The notes beneath the pieces were generated by a model. It saw only the letters and a list, made by a program, of their open reading frames with translations. It was not told the DNA's origin and made no database searches. The position numbers were made by a program, and so were the translations under genes. From positions 4,852 to 68,851 of the forward strand of contig JASKKR010000001.1 of assembly GCA_030154085.1 (NCBI GenBank): DNA of 64,000 bases, written 5' to 3'. Below are positions 19,053 to 28,230 of this stretch, one piece after another; within the stretch, counting starts at the first letter, position 1, and every line of letters begins with the position of its first letter. Source of the DNA: Candidatus Cloacimonadota bacterium (GTDB lineage Bacteria; Cloacimonadota; Cloacimonadia; Cloacimonadales; Cloacimonadaceae).

Positions 19053-19677
19053 TTTTATGCTCCTGTTGCAGAAAATCCTGCATGGGGTTTATATATCGGG
19101 ACACCCGGTTCTCTTCGGCTTTTATGATCGCCATCACTTTGTCGACAGCCTGATCCAGATCATCATTAACCACCAGATAGTCATATTCCGGAATAAAGCG
19201 CAATTCTTCCTTAGCTGTTTCCAACCGACGAAGAATATCTTCCATCGCATCAGTACCTCTTTTTATGAGGCGTTCTTTGAGCACCTCCATCGAAGGCGGA
19301 ATGATGAATATCTTTACATATTCCACTGCTGTTGCGCTGATCTGAGCAGCTCCTTGAACATCAATATCCATGATCACGTGTCGCCCCATATTCAAGCGGG
19401 ATTGAATATAGCTGATGGATGTGCCATACCAGCTCTTGCCAAAGACTTTGGCATATTCCAAAAAATCCTTATCCGCTATGCGCTTCTCAAATTCTTTTTC
19501 ATCCACAAAATGATAGTGGACTCCATCTTGTTCTTCTCCGCGAGGGGCACGGGTGGTGTAACTCACTGAATAATCAATATCATCTGCCCGTTTCAGGATT
19601 TCGGACAAGATGGTGGTCTTGCCCCCTCCTGAAGGGGCAGATAATATGATTAAAAAGCTTTTGCTCTTCTGAATCAA
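19042..19677 (-). CDS. gmk: Guanylate kinase
   Basis: P-loop SAPSGGGKTT, followed by SYTTRAPRGEEQDGVHYHFV. Confidence 0.92.
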   Translation of the reverse strand: MIQKSKSFLIILSAPSGGGKTTILSEILKRADDIDYSVSYTTRAPRGEEQDGVHYHFVDEKEFEKRIADKDFLEYAKVFGKSWYGTSISYIQSRLNMGRHVIMDIDVQGAAQISATAVEYVKIFIIPPSMEVLKERLIKRGTDAMEDILRRLETAKEELRFIPEYDYLVVNDDLDQAVDKVMAIIKAEENRVSRYINPMQDFLQQEHKNDR

Positions 19678-19695
19678 AATCTGATCTTTACCAGC

Positions 19696-20076
19696 CTATT
19701 CGGGTATGATCTTCTTGTATTCAACAGCGCTGAGGAGATTGTCCAGCTCGTCTGTGTTGCTCAAGCGAACTTTCATGATCCAGCCGTCTTCATACGGGGA
19801 TTTATTGATCAAATCCGGGCTATCTTCCAGATCGTTATTCCGCTCAGTAACCTTGCCCGACACTGGAGAGATCAAGTCTTCCACAGCCTTGACCGCTTCA
19901 ATTGATCCACAGGGTTCTCCGGCGGATACTTTCATGCCTACATCCGGCAATTCTACAAAAACGATGTCGCCCAACTCCTGTTGCGCAAAATCACTGATTC
20001 CCACGGTGGCAATTTCGCCATCGATTCTTATCCATTCGTGACTTTCGGTATAGAACAGATCGTCCATAATTTTCAT
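19696..20076 (-). CDS. gcvH: Glycine cleavage system H protein
   Basis: YTESHEWI...GISDFAQ...CGSIEAVKAVEDL carries the lipoyl-lysine motif. ATG at 20076 has GGAGA 5 nt upstream. Confidence 0.9.
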   Translation of the reverse strand: MKIMDDLFYTESHEWIRIDGEIATVGISDFAQQELGDIVFVELPDVGMKVSAGEPCGSIEAVKAVEDLISPVSGKVTERNNDLEDSPDLINKSPYEDGWIMKVRLSNTDELDNLLSAVEYKKIIPE

Positions 20077-20168
20077 CGTAATCTCCATACTTAGCTTTTC
20101 TTATCTGAGCCAAGACTGCCACATGACACTTTATGTCAAGGGTAAAAGTCTATTAACTCTCCAGCGTT

Positions 20169-21545
20169 TTATAATTCTTCAAAAGTGGCGGTAAAGTGAC
20201 GCATGATGGGAGCTTCGTATTTGATCTTCAGCCCGCGATAACTATCACGCTTCTCCCAGACCTGCTTAAGACCCCACGCCACCAAATCCATGTGATTATT
20301 CGTATAAACCCTGCGCGGAATTGCCAGCCGCAAAAGTTCCATCTTGGGTGGACGTTCCTCGCGAGTGACAGGATCACGATCCGCAAGAACTGTGCCGATC
20401 TCTACTCCTCTTACTCCAGCTTCAATATAGAGAGCAACTCCCAAGACTTGGGCTGGATATTCTGTTTGTGGAATATGAGGGAAAAACGATTTGGCATCTA
20501 CATAAACCGCATGACCACCCGTGGGCTTTACGATCGGAATACCCAATTTGCTGATCTCATCTCCCAGATACTTCACCTGAGAAATGCGTGCGTGGAGATA
20601 CTCAAATTCTGTCCCCTCACGCAAACCGGTTGCCAAAGCGTCCATATCGCGCCCGCTCATGCCACCATAGGTGATGTACCCCTCAAACATGATATTGAAC
20701 GTGCAGCACTCACGAAAGATGTCTTCGCTGCGTAAAGCGATGAATCCGCCAATGTTGACTATCGCATCTTTCTTGGAGCTCATGGTCATGCCGTCGGCAT
20801 AACTAAACATCTCGTGTGCAATCTCTTTGATGCTTTTATTTTGATATCCTTCTTCCCGAATTTTGATAAAATAGGCATTTTCTGCAAACCGGGCAGAATC
20901 AAAAATCAGCGGAATATTATGCTTTTTGCAAATTGCTGAAGTGGCTTTGATGTTTTCCATCGAAACTGGCTGCCCACCGCCTGTATTGCACGTGATTGTC
21001 AGCAACACAAAGGGAATTTTCTCCGCACCATGAGTGGTGATGCAGGCTTCTAACTTTTTAAGATCGATATTGCCCTTGAATGGTGCTTCCAGATTCATAT
21101 CGTTGGCGATATCCACTGTGCAATCCACCGCTGTGGCATGACGAAATTCAATGTGCCCCTTAGTGGTATCAAAATGGGAATTGCCCGGAACTACATCCCC
21201 AGACTTTACCAGGACTGAAAATAATACGTTTTCTGCCGCTCTACCTTGATGAGTGGGCAAGACATAAGGGAATCCCGTAAGCTCGGTGATGGTATCTTTC
21301 ATGCGATGAAAACTGCGGCTGCCCGCATAGCTCTCGTCCCCCATCATCAGAGCTGACCATTGGCGATCGCTCATGGCACCGGTACCAGAATCCGTAAGGA
21401 GATCGATATAGACATCCTCCGCACGAAGATTGAAGAGATTATACTCAGCTTTCTTTATTTTTTCTTCACGCTCAGCTCGACTCAATATCTTCAATGGTTC
21501 CACCATCTTGACGCGCCAGGGTTCGGAATAAGGCTGTTGACTCAT
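20169..21545 (-). CDS. tnaA: Tryptophanase (beta-eliminating lyase family)
   Basis: DLLTDSGTGAMS, DSARFAENAYFIK and the PLP lysine region SSKKDA. HFDTTKGH has the Asp seen in tryptophanase (FFDTTQGH), not the tyrosine phenol-lyase form (YFTTTR). ATG at 21545 has GGAGA 5 nt upstream. Confidence 0.75.
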   Translation of the reverse strand: MSQQPYSEPWRVKMVEPLKILSRAEREEKIKKAEYNLFNLRAEDVYIDLLTDSGTGAMSDRQWSALMMGDESYAGSRSFHRMKDTITELTGFPYVLPTHQGRAAENVLFSVLVKSGDVVPGNSHFDTTKGHIEFRHATAVDCTVDIANDMNLEAPFKGNIDLKKLEACITTHGAEKIPFVLLTITCNTGGGQPVSMENIKATSAICKKHNIPLIFDSARFAENAYFIKIREEGYQNKSIKEIAHEMFSYADGMTMSSKKDAIVNIGGFIALRSEDIFRECCTFNIMFEGYITYGGMSGRDMDALATGLREGTEFEYLHARISQVKYLGDEISKLGIPIVKPTGGHAVYVDAKSFFPHIPQTEYPAQVLGVALYIEAGVRGVEIGTVLADRDPVTREERPPKMELLRLAIPRRVYTNNHMDLVAWGLKQVWEKRDSYRGLKIKYEAPIMRHFTATFEEL

Positions 21546-21740
21546 TTTGTCTCCATTTATCTTTTTATTTGTTTTCATATCAGTATAATGGCAATGTCCA
21601 TGACGCTGGATTTGTGTCAAATCTTTTCTGCACTTTCCTTGTCTCCCTTAGCCATATTATGCCAGATACTTTCACCAAAACTGCCAAATTTCCCATTCTT
21701 GACACTCAGATTTTGGAATTCTCTTGATGTTTTGATGCTT

Positions 21741-21845
21741 CTAACTTTCGATTTTGCAGCACACTTCACGCCTCCCTCGTTTCACCCCCATTTGAGAAGT
21801 GAGCAAGAAACGAGAAAATAAGGAGTTACAGCTTTGTGAAGTACG
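21741..21845 (+). repeat. Copy 2 of the ~105-nt structured intergenic repeat
   Basis: Carries the invariant 22-mer on the plus strand. Stem is CTCGTTTC / GAAACGAG. The outer helix ACTTCAC / GTGAAGT is intact. Confidence 0.85.
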
Positions 21846-21968
21846 TTCCACAATAGTAAAACCTGAGCTAAAGCAGCAATCTTCTTTAGTATTTAAAATG
21901 CCCTCTGTATGGAGGGCATATCCTTCTATTTCAGAAGAATGAGCAGGTAGTGCTGATATCAATATAAG

Positions 21969-24005
21969 TTAAGAATCCATTTCTTCCAAAGGAATATTAA
22001 GCTCTTCTGTTCCCGGGATCACGAAGCGACCATCGCGGATGATATCCGTGACAACGCCATTATTATCCACAGCCGCAATAGATTGGAGCATTTCATAGGG
22101 CAGGGTGATATCCATATGTTTCATCAGATAGGCATTCACAGGATCTTCTTTGCGGGTAGCAGAGTGCTCGTTTTCAACAGCAATCATCTCTTTGCCATTC
22201 ACAAAGCTGGGATGCGGTAGATCTTCTTCATGACTATAGCAAGTATCACCAATCGCAAAATGAGGGCCCATCTTTTCGATGATCAGAATTGGTAGCAGAG
22301 CCATAATGTCATACTTTTTGGCAAATTGATAAGCATGAGTATTTGTACCAATCGCAAATTCTCCGATAGGCAAGCTTTTATATGGTAACAGCAGATTTTC
22401 ATGGATATACTTTTTCCCTTCGTCGGGATCCCTGAAGTTGGTGCAAGAATAGTCTGTTACCCAGCCATCTTGGAAATGGATTTTAAGGTTATAATAGCGT
22501 AAGCTTCCCAAATAGATGTCCTCCACATGGAGAATGCCAGTGGTACCCTTCAGCATTGGAGAAGTAAAGACTTCACCCACCGGGATATTCACATCCGCCA
22601 CGCAATTTTCAAAGAGAGTCTCATGGGCGGGATCTTTTAATTTGTGCATCTGAACTTTGATGTCGGTTTCGTTGCCGGCTTTGCCTTTGACGTGAACATA
22701 ATCTGCAGTGTCCAGCACATCGATGATTTTCTGTTGAATCTCAGCATATCGCTTGCTATCCAAGAGGTTTATCTTCAGTGTATCCGCAAAGATTTCTGGA
22801 AATTTCTCCCCAAATTCGGCTGAGGGGAAGGCTATGATGCTAAAGCTAGATTCATCGCGTTTGTAATACTGATAGTAAAGCTGCCCGCTGCGAGCGCTCT
22901 GTTCTCGGAACAATTCTTGCTGTTCTTCAGAAAGTTTGAGTGTGGTTGACTTGACCTGGGGTGAGAAAGGAGTCTCCCCAAAGAGTTCCAGATAGAGAGG
23001 ACCGGCTTGTAGAGCAATAATATCTTTGAGGCTTTCCAGACTCTTTTGCATGGCGTTCAAGCTGGCTTCCATGAACTCTCTATCCAAGGTAAGGGCACTA
23101 TCATAGCGGTGATCATAGCCAAATTGGCGATTGATGCCGATGGTGTGAGGCAATGGTACCAGAGTGGTAATTCCGATCTTTTCTAGTTCGTCGATAATTA
23201 TTCGTCCCAGAGCTTCCATCCCCACGGGAATCATAAGATTGGCATATCGCTTGTTGCGGTAGTCCTTTCCGCTGCGGACAAAGCCATCAACCCAGCATTT
23301 AACAAAATATTTAGCAATAGCTTCCAGCTCCTGGGAAGGATAACTGCGCATAAATTCTGCCATCTTGACATCGTGTTTACTGAGATATACACCATAGCGA
23401 TAAAGATAACAGATGTCATCCAGATCAGCATCACGAACGACCCTGTAATATACATCAAATTCTGGACAAAAACGCATGGCATATGCGGCAGTAGTCAGCA
23501 GTTCCTGGTTTTTGGTGCTTTCTTCCTTAAAAATCTTGAGCCATTTGTCATATTCTGGAGTGTCGGCTTCCTCCAAAAGGCGGAAGAAGATATCGAGCAT
23601 GGCTTTGACAGCCACATAATTTCCATTGATCATGTGCCGTCGGCTACCATAAGCTTGGCTGAAGCAGGCACCGATGAGTCTACCCATTTGCAAACCGTAC
23701 AGCTCATTAGCATAGTCTGGATTGGCTAAGCATTTGTCATAACCAGACTCGGGATCCAAGGAACTGTAGAAATCTTTATTAATACGTTTAAGTTCATTTA
23801 AAGGAATGCTTTTGAGCAGGGGGTCTTTGTCCATTTTTTGGACGAAATCCCAAGCTTGCAGGACTATGAGTCGGTAGGCATTGAAAAATTCGGAATATGG
23901 ATTTTGCAGATTAATTTCGATGTCTCTCATCTCCTGGATGAGCTTAGCGCAATCGGTTCTGGGATCAGCCAATTTATCACGTATCATTTGGTAGTTAAAA
24001 CTCAT
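21969..24005 (-). CDS. M29-like aminopeptidase with long N-terminal extension
   Basis: The C-terminal half has NIPVGEVFTSP...GEFAIGTN...PHFAIGD, resembling aminopeptidase T/PepS (M29). I do not recognise the first ~270 aa. Confidence 0.55.
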   Translation of the reverse strand: MSFNYQMIRDKLADPRTDCAKLIQEMRDIEINLQNPYSEFFNAYRLIVLQAWDFVQKMDKDPLLKSIPLNELKRINKDFYSSLDPESGYDKCLANPDYANELYGLQMGRLIGACFSQAYGSRRHMINGNYVAVKAMLDIFFRLLEEADTPEYDKWLKIFKEESTKNQELLTTAAYAMRFCPEFDVYYRVVRDADLDDICYLYRYGVYLSKHDVKMAEFMRSYPSQELEAIAKYFVKCWVDGFVRSGKDYRNKRYANLMIPVGMEALGRIIIDELEKIGITTLVPLPHTIGINRQFGYDHRYDSALTLDREFMEASLNAMQKSLESLKDIIALQAGPLYLELFGETPFSPQVKSTTLKLSEEQQELFREQSARSGQLYYQYYKRDESSFSIIAFPSAEFGEKFPEIFADTLKINLLDSKRYAEIQQKIIDVLDTADYVHVKGKAGNETDIKVQMHKLKDPAHETLFENCVADVNIPVGEVFTSPMLKGTTGILHVEDIYLGSLRYYNLKIHFQDGWVTDYSCTNFRDPDEGKKYIHENLLLPYKSLPIGEFAIGTNTHAYQFAKKYDIMALLPILIIEKMGPHFAIGDTCYSHEEDLPHPSFVNGKEMIAVENEHSATRKEDPVNAYLMKHMDITLPYEMLQSIAAVDNNGVVTDIIRDGRFVIPGTEELNIPLEEMDS

Positions 24006-24030
24006 TGATGCTTCCTCTCTTTGTATTCAC

Positions 24031-24039
24031 ATTATATCA
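24031..24039 (-). promoter_or_regulatory. Extended -10 promoter element (TGATATAAT) for the aminopeptidase gene
   Basis: The minus strand reads TGaTATAAT 25 nt upstream of the ATG, with GAGAGGAAG as SD in between. I found no good -35. Confidence 0.4.
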
Positions 24040-24100
24040 AATTAGCTTGTAGGATGGCGTATCCATCAAGCTTTCTTCTTGCTTGCCAGTCTGATAAATC

Positions 24101-24721
24101 TTAATGCTGCTCTGCCAGACGCCTTGAAAGCACCGCCAAAGAGGCAAACATATCCACATACTCAACGATGATCTCGGGGGGAACACTGATCTTGTGCGGG
24201 GTAAAATTCCAAATTGCTTTAATGCCGCTGTGAACCATTAAATCTGCGATCAATTGGGCTGAATCCGGAGGAACGGTGATGATGCCAATTAGGATATTTT
24301 CTTTTTTCACCACTGTCCCAATATCTAAAGCTGAATACACTGGCACACCGTGCACCTTAGTGCCGATAAGCTCGGGTTTGTTATCAAAACCAGCTACGAT
24401 AGAGAGACCGCGCTGAGAAAACTCCTGATAGCCCAAAAGTGCGCTGCCCAGATGTCCAACCCCCACAAGTATACTGGGGGACGTATCCACCCAGTTTAGC
24501 AATTCTTCGATAGCTTGCTGCAATTCTTCCACATTATATCCCTTTTTTCCTGCACTTATTTTGGTATAAGCGATGTCTTTGCGCACCATTGTCTGATGAA
24601 TGTCAGAGAATACGGAGATTTTGGTTGCAGAGACTTCTTTGAGACCAGCCCTTTTTAGGCGTTTTAGCACTTCCAGATATTGGGGCAATCGTTTGAGTGT
24701 AGAAGTAGGGATCTTTTCCAT
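24101..24721 (-). CDS. rex: Redox-sensing transcriptional repressor Rex
   Basis: N-terminal winged helix (LKRLPQYLEVLKRL) and Rossmann motif VGVGHLGSAL. The start lies 9 nt after the stop of the upstream giant gene. Confidence 0.85.
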   Translation of the reverse strand: MEKIPTSTLKRLPQYLEVLKRLKRAGLKEVSATKISVFSDIHQTMVRKDIAYTKISAGKKGYNVEELQQAIEELLNWVDTSPSILVGVGHLGSALLGYQEFSQRGLSIVAGFDNKPELIGTKVHGVPVYSALDIGTVVKKENILIGIITVPPDSAQLIADLMVHSGIKAIWNFTPHKISVPPEIIVEYVDMFASLAVLSRRLAEQH

Positions 24722-24730
24722 ATAGTCCTC

Positions 24731-27490
24731 CTATTCAAGTGGAAAGGCATGGATAAAACCGCTAATTTGCAGGGTGGAAAGCACGGTTCCTATAATTACA
24801 ACGATGACGATGATAATTTTAAAATAATCCTGCGCTTTTAGCATGCTGACCATGTCATGGTTGCGGGAAAGATATGCACTAGCAGCATAAAATTCTTCCC
24901 CAATGAGTGTATAATCACAAGTGGTGATAAAGAAGGGAATCTGAGTAACAGCATCCGTAGCTGCGATCTGGATCGCTCCTGAGGCATTACCGGTTTCAGT
25001 GAGCAGAAGTGCCTCAGCATTGAAGAAGCCCATATAGAAGATGGTGGCGACTCGCTCCCGCACCGTGATCCCATTTACTCCCGCACAGAAGGGGAATTGA
25101 TCATAGCTAATGAAAAAGATATCATTTTGATTGAAGGAATCTGGACGCCCGACTTCACTATAGGAAGTTGATACGATCTCTTGTGCCAGCGGAAGTACCA
25201 TATAGTCACAATGGGGATTGATCAAGCGAATATCATATTCCGCAGTCTTTTTGGCTACCTGAGCCAAGATCATTAGGCTTGCTATCGTGCTGACATCTCC
25301 CAACGACCCCCAACCAGGCACAAACATCACAGGACGCCCCATCTCGGTTGCGCGACCAATAGCATTGTCGATCTCTTCCAAACCTGCTATCGGGCGGATA
25401 TATACTTCTTTGCGACGTGTGATATTGATGGCGTAAACTACTAAGATGACCAAAAGAATAGTTGCTATTAGGGTCAAAGTCTTAGTGGTGTCAAACCATT
25501 GCGGTTTGGGCATGAACCAGGTGTTGCCATCTGGAGTTTGATAGATATCTGAGATCACAAAAGCACTGTGTCCATCAGTGCCCAAGAGACGATATTGATA
25601 AGTCCTCTGAGCATCATCTCTATACTGGAGCATGATCTTAGTCCATTCTTTTGGAGATTTTGCTTCTTTGGCTTCCTGATATGCGGGATGCCCTACTATA
25701 AAGTCGTATTCTGCTTGCAAATATTCGAGTTCAGCCTTCAGTTCTTCATCCAAAGGATCGTCTGCAATGGCAGCTTGCAGTTCTGTTATGCGCTGGCTGC
25801 GCTGAGCCATTTCCTCCAGAAATGCATCTTGATATAAGGGAGCATTAAAGCTGATGCCTTGCTTGGGATCATTGCCCAGCAATAGGCGAACATCAAAGAG
25901 AAATCTGTCAGTAGCGTCATCATAGCCCACGATTGGGCGAAGCAGATAGTCTTCATAGGGGATGGTGTGTTCATAGGTGCGAGTCAACGTATTGGCACGT
26001 AGACCGGAAGCAAAATCCCAATCGACCTTTGACATTCGGAGCACATCTAAATAGAGCCGAGCTGCATCAAGATCTCCAATAAATGTATCCTGAGGCTGGA
26101 ATCGACGGAAGTAATCGTTGTAAATAATATCTTGCTTCACTATCTCGGTTTCAAATTCTTTTTCACCCAAGAGATGCACTGCCATCTCTGCCTTGAACAT
26201 ATTCATTGTACGATATTCTTCCGGCAAATTCAGATAGATGATCTTGTCTACATATTGCTCAGTAACTTCACCGATAATCACGTCATCTTCTGTCTTGAAA
26301 GTAAATCTCACTCTATCTACTGTATAGAGTTCATTATCGGAGATTTCATAGTTAAACTTCAGCCGACGGTGCCGACGGTCTGTATATTCTGCCAACGTGA
26401 TATACGCCAAAGGCTTGCCAAATGAGATGAGATTTACATCTCCCTTATCATTGGGTTTATCCAAGACTTGATAGTCGGTTAATTTTGGCAAACTGGAAGC
26501 ATCCAAGATGCGGAAGGTTTTGGCTTGCACAACCGCCATCTGATCTTCATAATCCCGATATGCCAGCAGCACGACGAAATCCTCAGGATCTGCTCCAAGC
26601 ACGCTAACATCCTCACTATGATAGTATGTAGCAACGGAATGTATGTTTTGAATCTCAAATAGCTGAATGCCGCGTTCTTGCCAATCAGGCGGCAAAGCGC
26701 CGTCTTGAGCAAGACCTGCTTTCGGATATAGCCACCCTTCCCAGATCGCCACATCCTGCGCTCCAGTAGGTGGACTCCATTCAAAATTCATCTGCCCAAG
26801 ATCAGGATAGTAGCTACTGTGCAAAATAGTTGTGGCATCCGGAGGATTATCGATGGGAACTACTTCAGCTACTTCTGAAGTAGAGATGATCTGCCCACGC
26901 TCGTTAACAGCTGATATGGCATAATAATAGTGATGTCCTGCTTTAGGAATGGCATAAATACTTTCAAGTTGGATGAGCTTGAGAGAGCTATACTGCTGAT
27001 CATTCAATTCCAGTTTCTGGGAGTGATGATGGAGGTTGCGTGATCTGACCAAGGCATAGCTGGAGTAATCATCCAAGAACTTGCCTAAAAGCTGAGAATC
27101 AAGCGGGAATTTTTGATAGAGGGGACTATCAGGACCTTGCTGCTTTTCTTTTTTCAGGCTGTGAGGGGAAGTCTCAAACTCTAATATTGGCTGATCTCCA
27201 GTATCATAGTAATACAGATATGGTGCTAAAACTCCCAATTTTGGATCTACTTCCAGAAAGCTAAGCAAAAATAATGAATCAGGGGAACTTCCCCGATAGA
27301 TATTATATTTAATAATGCGGTGTTCTTTGTCAAGAGGTACCCATTTTAGGATCACCCCGCTTCCATCATCATCAGGAAGATCATAGACGCTAAATTCCTG
27401 AATTTTTAGCTCACGGTTTTGCTCAGCAGCAATGGGTAGCAGCGAGCTGAGAACTATAAGTAGGATAGTGAGTAAGGTAGCTTTTTTCAT
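24731..27490 (-). CDS. Giant bitopic membrane protein B (919 aa), function unknown; paralog of 30070-32994
   Basis: ATG at 27490 gives the signal peptide MKKATLLTILLIVLSSLLPIAA|EQ. About 700 aa are extracytoplasmic with FN3-like motifs. A TM helix (LTLIATILLVILVVYAI) followed by TRRK leads into a ~215-aa domain sharing long identical runs with the paralog, then a terminal TM. Confidence 0.75.
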   Translation of the reverse strand: MKKATLLTILLIVLSSLLPIAAEQNRELKIQEFSVYDLPDDDGSGVILKWVPLDKEHRIIKYNIYRGSSPDSLFLLSFLEVDPKLGVLAPYLYYYDTGDQPILEFETSPHSLKKEKQQGPDSPLYQKFPLDSQLLGKFLDDYSSYALVRSRNLHHHSQKLELNDQQYSSLKLIQLESIYAIPKAGHHYYYAISAVNERGQIISTSEVAEVVPIDNPPDATTILHSSYYPDLGQMNFEWSPPTGAQDVAIWEGWLYPKAGLAQDGALPPDWQERGIQLFEIQNIHSVATYYHSEDVSVLGADPEDFVVLLAYRDYEDQMAVVQAKTFRILDASSLPKLTDYQVLDKPNDKGDVNLISFGKPLAYITLAEYTDRRHRRLKFNYEISDNELYTVDRVRFTFKTEDDVIIGEVTEQYVDKIIYLNLPEEYRTMNMFKAEMAVHLLGEKEFETEIVKQDIIYNDYFRRFQPQDTFIGDLDAARLYLDVLRMSKVDWDFASGLRANTLTRTYEHTIPYEDYLLRPIVGYDDATDRFLFDVRLLLGNDPKQGISFNAPLYQDAFLEEMAQRSQRITELQAAIADDPLDEELKAELEYLQAEYDFIVGHPAYQEAKEAKSPKEWTKIMLQYRDDAQRTYQYRLLGTDGHSAFVISDIYQTPDGNTWFMPKPQWFDTTKTLTLIATILLVILVVYAINITRRKEVYIRPIAGLEEIDNAIGRATEMGRPVMFVPGWGSLGDVSTIASLMILAQVAKKTAEYDIRLINPHCDYMVLPLAQEIVSTSYSEVGRPDSFNQNDIFFISYDQFPFCAGVNGITVRERVATIFYMGFFNAEALLLTETGNASGAIQIAATDAVTQIPFFITTCDYTLIGEEFYAASAYLSRNHDMVSMLKAQDYFKIIIVIVVIIGTVLSTLQISGFIHAFPLE

Positions 27491-27555
27491 TTTTTCCCCA
27501 TGATAATAAGGGCAAGCCGAATACCGGTATATAAACCCCCGGTAGGGCATCAAGT

Positions 27556-27597
27556 AAAACACAGCAAACCCGGCGTAAAGCTGAGCCTCACGCCGGG
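27556..27597 (-). terminator. Putative intra-operon hairpin (attenuator/partial terminator)
   Basis: 8-bp GC-rich stem CCCGGCGT / ACGCCGGG with a 13-nt loop. On the minus strand it is followed by TTTGCTGTGTTTT. It sits in the only sizeable gap (122 nt) of the module. Confidence 0.4.
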
Positions 27598-27612
27598 CAT
27601 ACTGCTTTATAC

Positions 27613-28218
27613 TTACTTGATGATCATTTTGAACACATCGTTCACAAGGAACTGAATACGCCCGATCAAAAGCGATATACGAGCCATCACGGTGAGACCA
27701 AATGATGCTCCGAAACCGATCATCATATACCATTTCCCGACGCTTACAAACTTCCCATAGGCACCAGTGTGCGCTTTTGAGAAGAAGAAGTAAAGCAAGA
27801 CCGCAATCGTCCCGATGAAGATCAGGAAGAGGTTGATGGTCTCAATTGGAATCATTGCTTGGCGCATCTGCACCAAGATCGCAGCGTGAATGCCCATCGG
27901 GACACCCATACCTACTGACATCATTGAGAAGGCGATAGGATAGCGGGATAACCAGCCCAATTTGCGAGAAAAACGGAATAGATATAGCATACCCAAGATA
28001 GCAGGAATGATCAGCACAAACTGATGTTTGATTACTATCGTCTGATACACATAGGGTACAAACACACGTTCGTATGTATAGACCAAACCATAGCCGAGCG
28101 AGATGCCCACAAGCATTTGCTCTGCCGCTTGGTAGAATGGATTATCTTTGTATAGGAAGGAGAAGATGCACAGTGTGAAAAAGGCTCCAACCAGATTGCT
28201 AAATAATTCGAAACTCAT
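27613..28218 (-). CDS. 6-TM integral membrane protein (201 aa), function unknown
   Basis: Six hydrophobic segments by eye, with no motif I recognise. 12-nt gap to the upstream gene. Confidence 0.65.
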   Translation of the reverse strand: MSFELFSNLVGAFFTLCIFSFLYKDNPFYQAAEQMLVGISLGYGLVYTYERVFVPYVYQTIVIKHQFVLIIPAILGMLYLFRFSRKLGWLSRYPIAFSMMSVGMGVPMGIHAAILVQMRQAMIPIETINLFLIFIGTIAVLLYFFFSKAHTGAYGKFVSVGKWYMMIGFGASFGLTVMARISLLIGRIQFLVNDVFKMIIK

Positions 28219-28230
28219 TTCATCCTCCTC

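Noticed and set aside
21741-21962. Three listed short ORFs (21741-21962, 41726-41935, 54561-54836) share the peptide FLLTSQ.G.KRGR, suggesting a small protein family.
   Set aside because: The similarity comes from the ~105-nt DNA repeat they overlap. The ORFs have different starts, stops and flanking sequence, and no shared SD or ATG. The repeat is reported as a nucleic-acid element, and the residual ambiguity is logged as a separate finding.
27491-27733. The listed 1000-aa ORF (24731-27733) extends 81 codons upstream and overlaps the end of the 201-aa membrane protein gene.
   Set aside because: The extension (MVYDDRFRSIIWSHRDG...) has no signal peptide or SD and overlaps a well-supported gene. 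The ATG at 27490 is followed immediately by a textbook signal peptide that parallels the paralog. I treat it as frame read-through, not coding.
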